Assembly (NCBI GenBank): GCA_030704615.1
Contig: CM060734.1
Coordinates: 38,936,001-39,000,000 of the forward strand
Direction: 5' to 3'
Origin: Takakia lepidozioides
Taxonomy: Eukaryota > Plantae > Bryophyta
DNA length: 64,000 nucleotides
The translations under genes and the position numbers were made by a program. Shown here one piece after another: positions 61,840 to 64,000 of this stretch. A model generated the notes under the pieces. The model worked only from the letters and a program-made list of their open reading frames with translations, made no database searches and was not told the DNA's origin. The stretch's first letter is position 1, and each line of letters opens with the position of its first letter.

Positions 61840-64000
61840 ATCCCAAGCAGTGTGGACATAACCAATCTCCATTAGGAACCCTCTCAAGAGGTGGTGTCAA
61901 GCATCCCATATGCCAACCTCTTGAGCATCGATCACACACCAGCATGGTGGCTACCCCTTTGGCCAAACCCACAGAGCATGCACCTCAAACCTGCAGGTAC
62001 CACTGCCAAGTTTGGGTCAACTCTGTCATCGACATTGGGAAGGTAACATGGCACACAATTACGCACATAGTCTTTCCAAGTCATGCCATCCCGACCCTCC
62101 AAGATTAGGACTCCTGAGGGCAACACCTCTCGAACCCTCAGAATAACACGCTCTGCAATGACATCCAGGGTCGTAGGAGCAGTATGCTGCAAATAAACAT
62201 AGTCACCCGGGCTAAACCGCCAAATCCCAGGACGATATCCTCCACCACGTATAGTGGCATACCTCAACATATCACGGTGTTGTGCAATGGCAAGGTTCTC
62301 AAAAGCCATGGGCATGATTTTCTTGAACAACTCTGCACGCTGATCACATGCACGTACCCAAACGTCCGGATCGTCAAGGTTAAGGACTTGAGTAGTGTCT
62401 CTACGAATGGCTGTAGGCAAATCCCGCTCTTGGCCAAAGAGAAGAAAATATGGTGAGAAGGAGGCAAGTGATGCTTGTTTGCTGAACCTGTAGCCCATGG
62501 CTAACCAAGGCACCTGAAGATCCCAATCTCCTAAGTGTCCCTTCTGCAATCTATACTTGCGCAAACCCTTCTTCACCGTATGAACAACTTGCTTTGCCAA
62601 GTCATCGGCCTCAGGATGATCCCGAGAAGTGGTGCAGTGGTCTATCAAGGTTTTATCACACAAAGCCTGAAACTCCCCCAAGAACTCTCTCCCTTGGTCC
62701 GTGAGTACCTCAGCTGGAGCACCAAATCAGCTAAGCACACGATCCAAGAATGCATACGCAGCCCCCTCACTAGCCTTGTCAGGCAATGGAACCAACTCAA
62801 TCCACTTGGAGAAGTGCTCCACCATCACCAACACATATCTATGGTGGCGCATAGTCAGTGGCAACGGTCCTGCGAAGTCAAGACTCCACCTGTAGCCCAA
62901 TCGGGGCGTTGAATGAAGCACGCACCCTGTCATACACCATGCACCTAACCACGAACTGTTGCACCTCTGTATGCATACCACGCCACCAATACTGCCCCTG
63001 CAGTAAACTGTGAGTGCGTCGCACTCCAAAATGCCCCAACTCCTCATAGACATGTCATACTAACTGTGCACGCTGTGTGGGGTGAGGCACAATCCTCACC
63101 CGACCATCCTCCCATACTCGGAGCAGGTGTATCCCCTCCCACTTGAACCTCTTGGCTCGTTGCAGGATCCGATCCCTCTCCTTGGCAGTCACAGTGGCTG
63201 TCGTGTCTCCAGTACGGAGGTAGTCCAACACAGCCAAATCCTCATGTATATCTCGGGTACCACCTGGCTCATCATTAGCCTCAGGGTCCTCAGACACTCC
63301 GTCTACAGTCATCCCTGTTGTAGGTCCAACCTTACCTCCCGATGCCAAGATACATAAAAAGGCAGATGCATGCCATCCCGGCACCATCTCCTCGTCCGTC
63401 TCACCATGCCACCGAGCTCCAGTGTCATCCTGCTGGCTCGTGCATGGATTGCGACTCAATCCATCCGCATCCCGATTGACCAAACCCGGTCGATGCACAA
63501 CCTGAAAGTCATACTCCTGGAGTATGAGTGCCCACCGTGCAAGCTTCCCCGTAAGCTTGTCTGACTCCATCAACCACTTGAGTGGCTGGTGATCCATGAT
63601 AAGGGTGAAGAGATTGCCATATAGATAGCACCTGAAGTGTGCCACGGCCCACACTGCAGCTAAGCACTCTCCCTCATATGAGCTGTACTTAGCATCTGCA
63701 GTGTTGTTCGAGCGGCTAGCATAAGCCATTACGAACTCTCTTCCCTCATCATCCACTTGTGTGAGCACCGCTCCAAGCCCCAACATTCTCCAATCCGTAT
63801 GCAGCTGAAAGGGACGCCCCCTGATAGGTCGTCTCAGGATAGGCGCCAAGGTCAACCTCGCCTTGAGCTCTTGAAAAGCTCGTTCCTACTCATCTTCCCA
63901 CTGTCACTCCTGGTCCACCTTGGTCAACTTGGTTAGAGCCTTTGCAATGGCACTAAATCCCTTGATAAACCGTCTATAATAGTTTGCCAACCCCATGAAA
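61840..64000 (-). mobile_element. Ty3/gypsy pol pseudogene: RT end, RNase H, integrase, C-terminal PHD finger (continues beyond the window)
   Basis: FQLHTDW..LGLGAVL...AYASR...SSYEGECLA, RWSLDFAGP, HFSKW and SPYFLLFG. PHD CMLC...MLVCDRCSRGWHMGCLTPPL...DWLCPHC across a frameshift. Confidence 0.9.

Overview
Eukaryotic nuclear DNA, most likely from a non-seed land plant (bryophyte, lycophyte or fern type). This is inferred from the very regular P-L-S PPR triplets, a PHD-bearing Ty3/gypsy element and a P-like DNA transposon. Apparently intact genes: a 13-exon PRP39 U1 snRNP splicing factor (17553-25072, -), a complete PLS-E1-E2-DYW RNA-editing factor (26144-28678, -), a head-to-head PLS-E paralog that has lost its DYW domain (31387-33798, +) and an OEP7-type plastid outer-envelope protein (40837-41079, -). 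The rest is transposons and gene debris: a P/THAP9-like TIR element carrying captured host exons, four copies of an RTE/RTEX-like LINE (three inserted at TC-rich sites), two Ty3/gypsy remnants, a long-TIR foldback element, and pseudogenes or fragments of PPR, GNAT, DXS, DRM, VPS4 and class-3 lipase genes. The most notable pattern is that all three long PPR editing-factor loci are preceded by homologous exons encoding the PDF motif of plant OSB organellar ssDNA-binding proteins. Their splice phases are compatible with fusion to the PPR exon, and one relic shows the PDF motif running directly in frame into the PPR leader. This points to an (ancestral) PDF-PLS-DYW architecture joining an ssDNA-binding module to a cytidine-deaminase editing factor. 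No fully intact PDF-PLS-DYW ORF is present in this window.
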